NCBI RefSeq assembly: GCF_036321535.1
Contig: NC_087436.1
Coordinates: 59,150,001 to 59,214,000 of the forward strand
Source of the DNA: Camelus dromedarius
Lineage: Eukaryota
Length of the DNA stretch: 64,000 bases
Direction of reading: 5' to 3'
Positions 37,591 through 50,109 of the stretch are shown in pieces. The position numbers were made by a program, and so were the translations under genes. The notes under the pieces are model-generated. The model saw only the letters and a program-made list of their open reading frames with translations, had not been told where the DNA came from and made no database searches. The stretch's first letter is position 1, and every line of letters starts with the position of its first letter.

Positions 37591-40500
37591 AAAAAATATA
37601 TTTAAAAAATACATAGAGAATAAATGCGATGTTGCTAAAACATTTTAGTAAGAACACTGGAGGACTGCCTTACAAGTTCAAGTGACAAGGCTCAAAGTGT
37701 TCAATCCACACAGCTGTTAGATAAAATGCTAAACCCCTGCTATTTGACAGAAGTAGATAGAGGCTTGTACATAGGGAAACTGAGCACCCCTGAAGACAGC
37801 CCCAGCACTTAGGGAGTCTGATGTAACCTTGAACAATATCCTCAATGTTTTACCCCCTATACATTCTGCAGCTTATTCATTGGAGGCAAGAAGAGATTTC
37901 TGAGCGTAATTTCTTCTCCCTAATACTTAATTCTAAAAATCTTAGGCAACTGTCATAGAAAAAAAAATAGTTATTTTTCCTGCCATTTAATATAGCCAGT
38001 AGAAATAGAGGATACTATTTATAAAAATGTTGAAAATATTTGATAGAAGACTCAGTATAATCTAATAATAAGATTCAGGAATGGCTTTCTTAAAATGCCT
38101 GTGGTTTTGCTGTTTTGACATATTCATGAGAAAAGGACATTTTAATCACTTTATACAATTCTTATATCAAAAGAAACCAAGAGTTTTCCACAAAGTACCT
38201 TTTAATATGAATTTACACCAATTATCTAAATTATTTATGCCTACTGTCTGTGCATTTTTTATTTTAAAAGTAAATGAAGGTTGATACAATATTTAGACAG
38301 CATTCTCATTTAAATTAGGAAAGCTGGTAGATTCCATAACCCTCCTAAGATCATGAAGTCAGAATTGCTTTTGATATAGCATATTTCATCAACTAATTAT
38401 TAATGTGTATTTGAATACACGTTTCTTTTGCTTTTAATAAAAAATTATTCTAGTATAGCTCTAATTGCCTATGACTCCTCGGACCAGAATTTTCACTGTG
38501 CTTTGTAAGTTCACTGATAATCCACTTCCTTGTAAAAGGGTAGATTCATTACTTTTGAATAGATGATATTCTTTAATAGAAAGTTTACAGATAATTTGGA
38601 TAATATGCAATATTAAGTAAAAGTAATTAAAAGCTACATGTTTAACCCTCAACGAGTATCATTAGCAGTAACTGGTTTTTATTTTTTCCCAAAACATTAA
38701 GTTAAAATGACTGCAAATACCCTGTTTTCCTTAATGAATTGTTTGCTATGTGCAGAAGCACACTTAATTGTTTATTTACCTTTTCCTTTTCCCAACATTA
38801 TTTAATTGAAGATATTTATTTGAATTCTCTCCCACTCCCCAAATAATATTCACATTAGTTAAATCTTTATTTTTGTACCTACAGTGGGCTCATTGAGGTT
38901 TGGTCATTTCATTTCAACGTGACAGGGCAGTATTGTTCATAAATCTCAGCTTTAAATTTCTTCACCTGTATAATATATTACACACCCCTAGGGATGCTGT
39001 AAGAATTAATGAGTTTGAAAAGTCCATTGACCTTTCTGGTGAAACATGCTCTATGAGTACAAGATGCTATTTTACTGTGCTATGCAAAATAAGGCAGGCT
39101 GACAACACAAATTATAAAAATAAGGTAGGACAAAACCTTATTGGAGATAGGATTTCTAAAGTATGTTCTTATCCCAAATAGCTTTCCTTTGGTTAGTTTT
39201 GTTTCTGTTTCTGAGAATTAAGGTCATTTCTTTTAAAAAAAAATACCATTAATGTAAGTGTTTTATAGCTGAATTATATTGCCCGCTGCATTGTTTTCTA
39301 GCTAGTAAATGAGACTTTAATACAGCTAGTCTGAATATTTTATTGATAAATTATTTACATATATCCTAAATATGGTATGTAAATACTAGTCCTAGATTAG
39401 TCTGTTCAATTCATCCAAATTACAATGAGAGAAGACATACTATACACTAACTTAACCACGGCTGGTTAATAATGTTACTATTTTTGAGCTTCAGCACTTC
39501 ATCTTTTCATAGTTTGTAAAACTTCAGTAATGTAAATCACGATTAAATTAACTTCTAAAAGCAGTAGTTCTCAAATTCTTCTAAATAAACTTAATGATAG
39601 AAAAGAGTGAAACTTTCAGGTAGAGTTGGAACAACCAGAAACTGGCTATAACACAAATAAAATTTCCTTGAAATGTCTTATTTTAAAACCCTTTTATAAC
39701 TTGCATTTTATCCAATAATATAATTTATTGTAAATATAAATTACAAATTTTGAAGAAAATGTGATATATAAATATATATAAAATGAGTCATCCTGAAGTA
39801 ACTTCAAAGGGATCATAAAGAATATCATCAATATCTCAGAACAAAGAGTGTTTCAGTTTGAGAAGCATAAATTTAATGGAATAGATAGATAATAGAAAAG
39901 CTAGCTATAAAATACATGTCAAATAAATATATTGATTTCCATTAGCAAATCTATAACAGAAGAATTGAGAAAAATGTGCAGATTGGTTCCTATTTATAAT
40001 AAAATTAATTTATCAACCCACATACACCAAAATATAATTTATAATATAGCATCAGTGAAAATACACAATCAGGTTTACTATCTTAGTATTAGGTTAAATG
40101 TCACAAAATAAAGAATTTTCAAATTCTGACAATGTAATCACTTATCTTACCTTGATTTATGGTTTTTTTTTTTTTTTTATCATATTGGAGGGGCAAGAGC
40201 TTTGAAGTTAAAAATTAAGGATCTAAAAAAGCAAGCTGCTTAACGTAAGAATTCTATGTTTACCTTTTTACATGATGTGGCCTTTGACCAGTTATTTTAA
40301 TTTCATTGACTCCATTTTTCTATCAGTATTATGGAGTTGATAAGATAAACCATGGAAAATTCTGACTATAGTACCTGCTCTATAGTGCTGAATTAATAAC
40401 ATAAAAGATAACATTAATTTTATATACTGAAATAAAGTAATTTGAATCTGGTTTTAAAAATTATATATTTTATAGGTAACTTTTATTGTACTTATTATTT

Positions 40501-40699
40501 AAGGAATAATTATATGCTGTCTACTCTAGGATGTCTGAATGACCTGAATATATATGTAGAAAATATTTTTCTTAAAGCTTCTAGAAATGATTGAGCCTCA
40601 CGGGAAACTAGAAATTCATTATCAGGGATTTCATATTCATGTCACAGATGTCAAAACATAACTGTAGCTGCACAGTGCACTCCACACATATGACCTTCT

Positions 40700-41090
40700 T
40701 TGCTTTGTTCAGATGTGCCAAGTTGATTCCATAGCAAGCCTTTAACTTGGTGTTTACACTGTCTTGACTACTTCACTCACAGATCTTCCAGTTTGAAAAA
40801 CTAGTTCCTTTTTGTCTTGTGGGTCTCAGTATAAATGCACTTCCTTAAGAGTTCATCTCTGAACTCTACATAAAAGGAAATAAAAACCACCTACCTTATA
40901 TCATTCTATTATCCCCAAATATCACTCTATATAAATGTCCTAATTACTTGATTAGTTATGATCTATTTCTACCCACAAGAATGTAAGCTCCTTCAATACA
41001 GGGGCAGTGTCTTTCTTGTTTTCTGTGTCCCCATGGCTTAGAATGGTAACTGGTAAATTTTATATATTTGACAATATTTGTTGAATTAAA
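40700..41090 (+). mobile_element. L2 3' end relic
   Basis: agaatgtaagctccttcaatacaggggcagtgtc...aatatttgttgaatta. Confidence 0.75.
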
Positions 41091-41094
41091 TAAT

Positions 41095-43918
41095 TCAACC
41101 TTGATGAAATAAACTAATTCCTTGAAAGACATAGCCTGCCAAAACTTACACAAGAAGAAACAGACAATCTGAATAGGCCAATATTGATTATAGAAATTGA
41201 ATCAAGAATTAATAAAAATCCACTGATGAATTCTACTAAACATTTAAAGAAGAAATTATACCAATAATCTACAATATTTTTCAGAGGATAGAAGCAGAAG
41301 AAATACTTCCTAACTCATTCTGTGAGGCCAGCAGAACACTGATATCAAAAACAGATTAAGATGTTATAGAAAAAAATTATACACAATATCTCTCATCAAT
41401 ATATATGCTAAAATTCTTCACAAATTCCAACAAAATATAAAAAGATTTATATGGGACTTATCCCAGGTATGCAGGGTGGTTTGAAAATTAATTTATGTAA
41501 TCCATCATATCAACAGCTAAAGAAGAAAAATGTCTTGAACATATCAATAGATACTGAAAAAACACTTGATAAATGCCAACACCCATTCATGATAAAAATT
41601 AAGCATACTAGGAAAAGGGGAGTGTCCTCAAATTGATTTTTTTTAGTGATTTAAAAAAACTACAGTTATCATCATACTTGATAGTAAGAAACTTGATGCT
41701 TTCTCACTAAGATCAGGAAACAGATAAGGATGTGACTTCTCATCACTGCTTTTCAACATCATACCTGAAATTCTAGCTAGTGCAGTAAGACATGAAATAG
41801 GCGGGGGGTGGGGGGAAGGAATATAGATTGGAAAGTAAGAAATAAAACTGTTTTTGCTCTCAGATGACATGATATATATATAGAAAATCTAAAATAAATG
41901 ACAAAAAGTGGAACTAATAAGTGATTAGCAAGATACAAGATACAATGTACAAAAGTCAATTGCTTTTCTATATATCAGAAATGAACAACTGGAATTTGAA
42001 ATTAAAAACATTATCAATTACATGATTTACCCCCCCCACAATTGTTAGGTACAAATCTAAAAAAAAATGTCCAAAATCTTTAAGAGGAAAACAAACAAAA
42101 AAAACCTTTGAAAAAAATATTAAAGAAAAACTAAACAAATAGAGATATTCCGTGTCTATGGGTAGGAAGACTCAAGTAGTGTCAAGGTGTCTTCACAACT
42201 TTATAGATTTCAGTCAAAATCCCAGCTGGTTATTTTATGTATATCAACAAACTGATTCTTAAGTTTATCTATGTAAAGAAGCAAAAGACCCAGGATAGCC
42301 AACTCAATATTGAAGGCAAAGAACAAAGCCAGAAGAACGACACCACTCAAATTTAAGACTTACTGTAAAGCTACATGAATCAATATAGTGTGGTATTGGC
42401 AAAAGAATAGACAACGCAACACAATAGAAAGTTCAGAAATAGATCCCAATAAATACAGTCAACTGATCTTTCACAAGGGAGGCAAGATAATGCAATGGAG
42501 CAAAAATAGCCTTTTCAACAAACAGTGCTGGAACAATTGGACATCAACATGCAACAAGTCCTTCCACTCTTCACAATACTTAACTGAAAATGAATCAGAG
42601 CTCTAAATGTAAAATGCAAAACTCTAAACCCTCCTAGAATGTAACATAGGACAATACCGATATGACCTTGGATACGGCAATGACTTTGCAAATACCAGCA
42701 GCACAGTCTATGACAGAAACAATTGATAAGCTGGACTTCATTAAAATTAAAAACGTCTATAAAAGTCAATGCCAAGTGAGTAAGATGGCAAGCCACAGAC
42801 TGGGAAAATATATTTGCAAAAGACACATCTGATAAAGGACTGTTACCAAAATATACAAAAACTTCTTAAATCTCAACCATAAGAAAATAAACACCCCTAC
42901 TAAAAAGTGGGCCAAAGACTTAACAGATACCTCACCAAAGAAGATATACAAATAGCAAGTAAACTTATAAAAAGATGGTATCATATGCCATGAGGAAATT
43001 GCAAATTAAAACAAAAATGGGATGCCACTACTACTAGAATACTAGAATATTCTATTATATATCTACTAGAATAGCAAAAATTGTAAACACTCATATACCA
43101 AATGCCAGCAAGGATGTGGAGCAACAGGAACTCTAATTCATTGCTGGTGAGAATGCAAAATGGTACAGCCACTTTGGAAGTTATTTTTGTGATTTCTTTA
43201 AAAGCTAAACATACTCTTTCCAAACAATCCAGCAACTATGCTCCTTGGTACTTACCCAAATGAACTGAAAACTAATGTCAATACAAAAAACCTGCACATG
43301 GGTGTTTATAACAGCCTTTTTCATGATTGCCAGAACCCAGAAGCAACCAAGATGTCCTTCAGTAAATGAACGGAAAAACTTTGGTACATCCAGACAATGG
43401 AATATTATTCAATGCAGAAAAGAAATGAACTTTGCAGCCATAAAAATACATGGAGGAAATTTAAATGCATATTACTAAGTGAAAGAAGCCAATCTGAAAA
43501 GTCTATGTACTGTATGATTCCGGCTATATGACATTCAGGACAAATCTATGGAAACAACAAAAGGATGAATGGTTACAAAGGGTTACAGGGGGTGGGGATA
43601 TAAATAGGCAGAGTACAGAGGACTTTTAGGACAGTGAAACTATTCTGTATGATATTACAATGGATACCTGTTATTATACATTTGTCAAGACCCCTGGAAT
43701 GTACAATACCAAGAGTGAACCCTACAATAAATGAATGGTTTGGGGTGATAATGATACATCAGTATAATTTCATTGATTGTAACAAATGGACCACTGTGGT
43801 GCAGATATTTATAGTGGGGGAGGTTGTACATGTATGGGGACGGGGGTATATGAGAATTCTCTGCACTTCCCAAACAACTTTGCTGTGAACATATAAACCT
43901 GCTCTAAAAAATAAAGTT
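41095..43918 (+). mobile_element. 5'-truncated L1MC-type LINE-1 (decayed ORF2 RT/C-terminus plus 3'UTR)
   Basis: Fragments GLIPGMQG, WYWQKNRQ...KYSQLIFHKG, FITAFFMIARTQKQPRCPS; L1MC-like 3'UTR ending gctctaaaaaataaag. Confidence 0.92.
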
Positions 43919-45220
43919 TCTTAATTTCAAAAATTATTAAACAAAACCTAGAAATTTGTGAGTTCTCATTAAAAAAAAAAAAAGACAACTCTTATGTTCC
44001 ATAACATAGATATAAGAAAACTACTAACAGCTCATATTTTATTTTATATCTAATCACACCAAGATAAAGTTCTTACAGCATTAAATTGTGCATAGCTTTA
44101 GATGGTCAGGATTTTAATTAACAGCCAAAATGATTTAATAAGCTATGTGCTAACCTAATCTCTAATGATAGAATGAATAATTTAGTAAAGTGGGGAAAAT
44201 GTAGCAAGTAGAGAGAAGGTAGATGACAGCCAGCAGAAAGAACAAGTCTTGAGACTGATTCACAAATTCAGTAAATACTTATCTGAGAAAAAAAGGGAGT
44301 AGATAGCAGACACTATTATGCAATTCTGTCACAATTTTGTGACGAGTCTCATACATCCTTACAATCTTTATGTGTTAACTCAGAAAATTACTAACAATGT
44401 CATGGATGACCAAATTCAGCAAATATTCACTGATCCTTACCATATATAGGATTTTTGAGATAAATTTTATTACCAATCCAGTCACAGACCAACATTTAAA
44501 AGACCTCTTTTAAGATGAGTACATATGAGAAAATAACTAGAATATTAGAAAAGAATTATTTTAGTATATTGGAACAGGTAAGGGACACAAATATAAAGTA
44601 CTTAAGAGAAAAAACTTCTACACAGAGGAGAAAGATTAATATCAAAATATTTCAGAAAAATATTGGTTTGGATAGCAATCTGGAAACAAATTATTATGGA
44701 ACACAAATTAAAGAACTCACTTAGTAAGAAAAAGCTCAGCACCCAAACTCAGAATTCTGGATGTCATCCAAACAAATAAAAATATGAAAAAGATAGAGTT
44801 TCAACTAGTGATAAAGAGTTGAAAATATCAAATAGAAAAAACTGGAACAATTGCACTCTGGAAAAGGTAGAAGTGAAAAATTCAATTCTATGAATATAAA
44901 CTAAACTGAAAGGACTGTTAGAAAATGGTCTTTCAGCTGTGCTGATAGAACAAGAGAAAATGAGCTTATGATCCACTATGAAGATTCTAGAAATAAGAAA
45001 GACTATCATGACAGTAAAGGCTGTTTAAGCACTGAATGGACTCCACAGAGAATTTAGAGACTGATTTTCTGGAGAGTTTGAAATAGGATACATGCTTATC
45101 AGCCTTCCTGGTTTACGTTGCTATTGTTTGGAACCAGAATAAATACAGTTGTTAACTTCTTAACTCATCTCTACAGCAGGCGAATCCAAGATGGAATTCA
45201 CAATTCAGATGGCACTGAGA

Positions 45221-45236
45221 TATATATATATATATG
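45221..45236 (+). repeat. (TA)n microsatellite
   Basis: Direct reading. Confidence 0.9.
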
Positions 45237-45939
45237 TATTTCAATAAAATGCATGATTGAGTAGAGAATTGTGTGCTGTAGGGGAAGGTGGGGAATGGAA
45301 TGGAAGGATGAGCAGTCGTGCTGTTTGTAGCAGGTGTAGCCTCCAAGCCCCATGTCTTGAACTTTTGACAGCATCTGCTGTTTTTCCTAACCCTGAAAAA
45401 CAGGAAAGGCCTCCAGATCTCTCCCAGTGGTAAAGGGCTTTATTATTGTTGTTATTGTAGGTTTGTTTATTTTATTTTTTCTTAAAGAAAATGTTTAATT
45501 CTTAACTGTTTCAGAACAGGCTAAAATTTATGAATAACGTTTGAAAATGTGGAAAACTGATCCATGCAATCTAACTAAGAAGCACTTTAAAAAATATCAT
45601 TTGAAAAGTTGAGAACATGTACTTTCTCTCTTTCAATGATTCTAGGCCTAAAATTAAGACTGAAAATTATTTTGTTTGGACCATCTCTGAAGGTCATCTA
45701 ACTATATACTTCTTGCTCATTTCTCATACAAATGTCATTTACAAAGGTAGAATTTCTCTCATTAAAGAACATAATTTGAACATTTGCTTTAAGACTATTA
45801 TGTTTTCTACCTTATTAAACAGTGGCTATACCAATTAATATACCAACACAAATACCATTCATTCAGCCCCTTTAAGAACAGCTATTTTTAACCTAGTCAA
45901 TTCTTCTGAATATAATAAATTCAACTGAACATAATGGTA

Positions 45940-48352
45940 CAGGTATATCTCAAAGATACTGCAGGTTCAGTTCCAGACCATCAAAATAAAGGAAGTATTG
46001 CAATAAAGTGAATCACACAAATGTTTTGATTTCCCAGGGCATATAAATGTTATGTTCATAATATAATGTAGTCTAAAGTGTGCAGTAGCATTATGTCTAA
46101 AAATGTGCATATCTTAATGAAAAATACTTTATTGCTAAAAAATACTGACCATCATCTGAGCTTTCATCAAGACATAATCTTTTTGCTGGTGGAGGTTTTT
46201 TGCTTGTTGATAACTGTCGACTGATCAGGGTGGTGGTTGACTGATGGCTGGGGTGGCTGTGGTAGTTTCTTTAAGTAAGACAACAGTACAGTTCCCTATA
46301 TTGATTGACTCTTCCTTCCATGAACAATTTCTCTGTAGTATGCAATGCTATTTGATAGCATTTTACCCACAATAGAACTTCTTTCAAAATTGGAGTTAAT
46401 CCTCTCAAACCCTGCCACTGCTTTATTAACCAAGTTTATGTAATAATCTAAATCTTTTGTTGTCATTTCAACAATCTCCATAGCATTTTCACCAGGACTA
46501 GATTCCATCACAAGAAATTACTTTCTTTGCTCATCCATAAGGAGCAACTCCTCATCCTTTAAAGTTTTATCATGAGTTTGAAGCAATTCAGCTACATCTT
46601 CAGGCTCCACTTGGAATTCTAGTTTTCTTGCTATTTCCACATCTGCAGTCACATCTTACACTGAAGTCTTTAACCCCTCAAAGTCATCCAAGAGGGCTGG
46701 AATCAGCTTCTTCCAAACTCCCGTGAATGTTGATATTTTGACCTCTTCCCATGAATCACAAATCTTAATGGCATCTAGAAAAGTGAATTCTTTCCAAAAG
46801 GTTGTCAATTGACTTTGCCCACATCCATCGGGGAAATCAGTATCTGTCGCAGCTTTAGCCTCATGAAATGCATTGCTTAAATAATTAGGCTTAAAAGTCA
46901 AAATTATCCCTCGATCTGTGAGCTACAGAATGGATGTTGTGTTAGCAGGCATGAAAACATGATGAATCTCATTGCACACCTCCATCTGAGCTCCTGGGTG
47001 ACCAGGTGCATTGTCAATGGGAAGTAATATTTTGAAAGAATCTTCTTTTCTGAGCAGTAGGTCTCAACAATAAGCTTAAAATATTCAGTAAACTATGTTG
47101 TAGATAGATGTGCTGTCATCCAGGCTTTGTTGTTCCAGTTATAGACAACAGGCAGAGTAGATTTAGCATAATTTTTAAAGGCCCTAGGATTTTCAGAATG
47201 GTAAATGAGCATTGGCTTCAACTTAAAAGTCACCAGCAGTGTGAGACCCTAAGAGTCAGCCTGTTCTCTGAAGCTTTGGAGCCAGGCATTGACTTCTCCT
47301 TTCCATCTGTGAAAATCCTAATTGATATCTTCCTCCAATATCAGGCTGTTCTGTCTACACTGAAAATCTATTGTTCAGTGTAGTCACCTTCACAGATTAT
47401 TTTAGCTCGATCTTCTAGATAGATACCTTACTGCAGCTTCTACATCAGCACTTGTTGTTCACCTTTCACTTTTATGTTATGGAGATAGCTTCTTTCCTTA
47501 AACATTATGAATCAACCTCTACTGGCTTCAAACTTTGCCATTGCAGCTTCCTCACCTCCCCTAGCCTTCATGGAATGAAGACAGTTAGGGCCTGTCTCTG
47601 GACTAGGCTTTGGCTTAAGGGAATGTTGTGGCTGGTTTGATCTTCTTTCCAGACCAAACTTTCTCCTTATCAGCAATAAAGCTGCTTTGCTTTCTTATCA
47701 TTTGTGTGTTCACTAGAATAACACTCAGTTTTCTTCAAGAACTTTTCCACTTGGCTGTTTGATGTAGGAGGCCTGGATTTCAACCTGTCTTGGCTTTAGA
47801 CACACCTTCCTCACTAAACTTAATCATTTCTAGCTTTTTATTTAAAGTGAGAGGTTCCTTTAACTTGAACACTTAGTGGCATTGTAGGGTTCTTAATTGG
47901 CCTGATTTCAATACTGTTGTGTCTCAGGGAATAGGGGGCCTGAGATGCGGGAGAGACACGAGGAAACAGCTGGTTAGTGGAGCAGTCAGAACACAAAACA
48001 TTTATCAGTGAAACTTGCTGTCTTTTAAGGGTCCTATTTGTGGCACCCTCAAACAATTATAATAGTAACAATCACTGATCACAGATCACCATAACCAATA
48101 TAATAATAATAATAATAGTAATAATAAAAATAATAGTAATAAATAAAATAATAATAATAATAAAGTTAGAAATATTGTGAGAATTATCAAAATGTGACAC
48201 ACAGAAATGAAGTGTGCAAATGCTGCTGGAAAAATAGCACCAACAGACCAAAACAGAAGGGTTTGATTCAGGGATGCCACAGACCTCCAATTTGTAAAAC
48301 AACACAATTATCTTCAAAGCACAATAAAGAACAATAAAATGAAGCATCCCTG
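45940..48352 (-). mobile_element. Full-length (~2.4 kb) Tigger1 DNA transposon fossil
   Basis: Termini caggtatatctcaaagatactgcaggttcagttccagacc and caataaaatgaagcatccctg; TA on the left. Length 2413 nt fits the Tigger1 consensus. (TAA)n expansion at 48098-48163. Confidence 0.93.
46296..47883 (-). pseudogene. Decayed Tigger1 pogo-family transposase
   Basis: Fragments FWKEFTFLDAIK.CDSWEEVKISTFTGVWKKLIP and [35 protein letters not shown]; multiple stops and frameshifts. Confidence 0.88.
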
Positions 48353-49039
48353 TGTTGTGAATTAATCCTTACTCTAATACCTACATGCAACGGGAAAAAT
48401 TAAAAACTAGAACCAGAGGACACCCTGCTTTTGTTATACAGGGAGGGGTATCAATACCCCCCAAATTTTGCCTATGAATTTCTTAATTGGACAGGATAAG
48501 TACAAAGGAAAAGGAACTTTATGCAGAAACTACATACTCTGTATTCCCATGTAGATTACTGCTTATTGCTATAAGACTTCAAGTTTATGATTCATTTTTT
48601 TCCTTTAAGTGATTATTTGGCAAGAAAATTTATTCATCACACTTTATATGATAGCAGATCACCAATTCTGTACAAAATTCTGGTCAGTGTTACTTAGTTT
48701 TGCTATGGGTCCTAAATAAACAGTACTTTAAATAGTTCTAGACATACAGGTAGATTTTTTTTTCTTAAGTGTCAGTTATAATTCTTTAGGTTTAAAAAAT
48801 TTTACACCATTTATGTGTTTTCTGTTACTGTGTGATACAGTATCTCACATTTCTTTTAAAAATTGTTCAAAGTGTACTCTTTTTTTAACTACCAGTACAA
48901 TTCAGCTTGGGTGAAGATTTTAACATTAAATGACATCTATAGTAGGCAACTATGTTGTACTAAATACTTCCTTTTTCCTAATGAATTTTATTCTGTCTGT
49001 TGTCATACTTACCTAGTAAAATACAGCAATACTACACAA

Positions 49040-49260
49040 TACTGTACAGTGATTAAAAGCATGGAGTCTTTCTGCCTTAGTTTAAATCTCACTTACTGTA
49101 CCATTTATCAGCTGTGTGACCCTGGGGAAGTCACTTGACTTTTGCAAGTCTCACTTTCTTCATCTCTAAAGGGGGTAATTACAGTATCTGTTTCACAGGG
49201 CTGCTGGGAGTTAATATGCTCAAGCCTTTTAATGTAATGCCTGACAGCAAATAAACACAG
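49040..49260 (+). mobile_element. MIR
   Basis: cagtgattaaaagcatgg...cagctgtgtgaccctggggaagtcactt...ttcttcatctctaaagggggtaat. Confidence 0.75.
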
Positions 49261-49438
49261 AATGGCTATTAACTGTTCTTCTCAGTGCTATACTTATTAA
49301 CATATGCAGTAATCAAATGGAAGACAAATGCATTAAAAGATTGGAAACATCACCAGGTGTAGACATAACAGGGATTTAAAAATAAAATCCCACTAGCACC
49401 AGAGGATTCCAGTGATTAAGAACTCTCTAACCAGCTAT

Positions 49439-49929
49439 TGTACTTAGGGTTCCAGAAGAAAACAGATGGAACACTCAAATTAATATACTTTAAGAAGAAC
49501 TGTCAAAAAGACTCAGTTACAATATGTGGGCAAAACAGAAGTACAAGGGAAAGAGCAGAATTCCAGGCTTAGTTACAGTGGGGTCCCTGTAACATTCTAT
49601 GCTGAGAAGGAGTGCACAGTTATTGGAACCTGATGACAAAGAGGATTCTGTTGATAGAGCTGAGAACTAAATGCCAAGACAGGGGCTGAGACCTTTGGCT
49701 AACAAAGTGCCAGACTCCTGAGTCTCTACAGGTTGGGCACCAGGGAAATAAATATTCCAAGATCACTTTCCTTGCCCCTTCTAATCTTATCCTTCTATTG
49801 TTTCTCTTAGAGAAAATCAGTTACAAGGGAGCCCATTGATGAGTCAATGCAAGTCAAAGTCCTAGGGCACAGAGCAGAGTGAGCAAAAGTAAAGATTAGA
49901 TCTAGAGATGCAAGCATTGAAATCCAGCC
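49439..49929 (-). mobile_element. ERVL solo LTR (LTR33-like)
   Basis: tgtacttagggttccagaagaaaacagatgg...caagggagcccattgatg...gggcacagagcagagtg...atccagc. Confidence 0.6.
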
Positions 49930-50109
49930 TTCTGTCTGCCTATCATCTATCTTTTTACTGATCTATATAATGATGAATGTTTGGCAGGTCAACACAATAT
50001 AAATTCAAGTTTAACTTCTGGAGATTATGAATGCATATACCATCATATACCATGTTAAAATAATTTCAAGTCAATAGATGTGTCATAGACTCAAAAGTTG
50101 CCAGATGGT

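Noticed and set aside
38402..38423. Short imperfect hairpins (also ~618-640, ~44328-44343, ~48445-48460)
   Set aside because: Stems of 10 bp or less are expected by chance in AT-rich DNA.
39562..39868. cagtagttctcaaa...tttgagaagcat hAT-like ends
   Set aside because: Too degenerate and no TSD; at most an unclassified Charlie relic.
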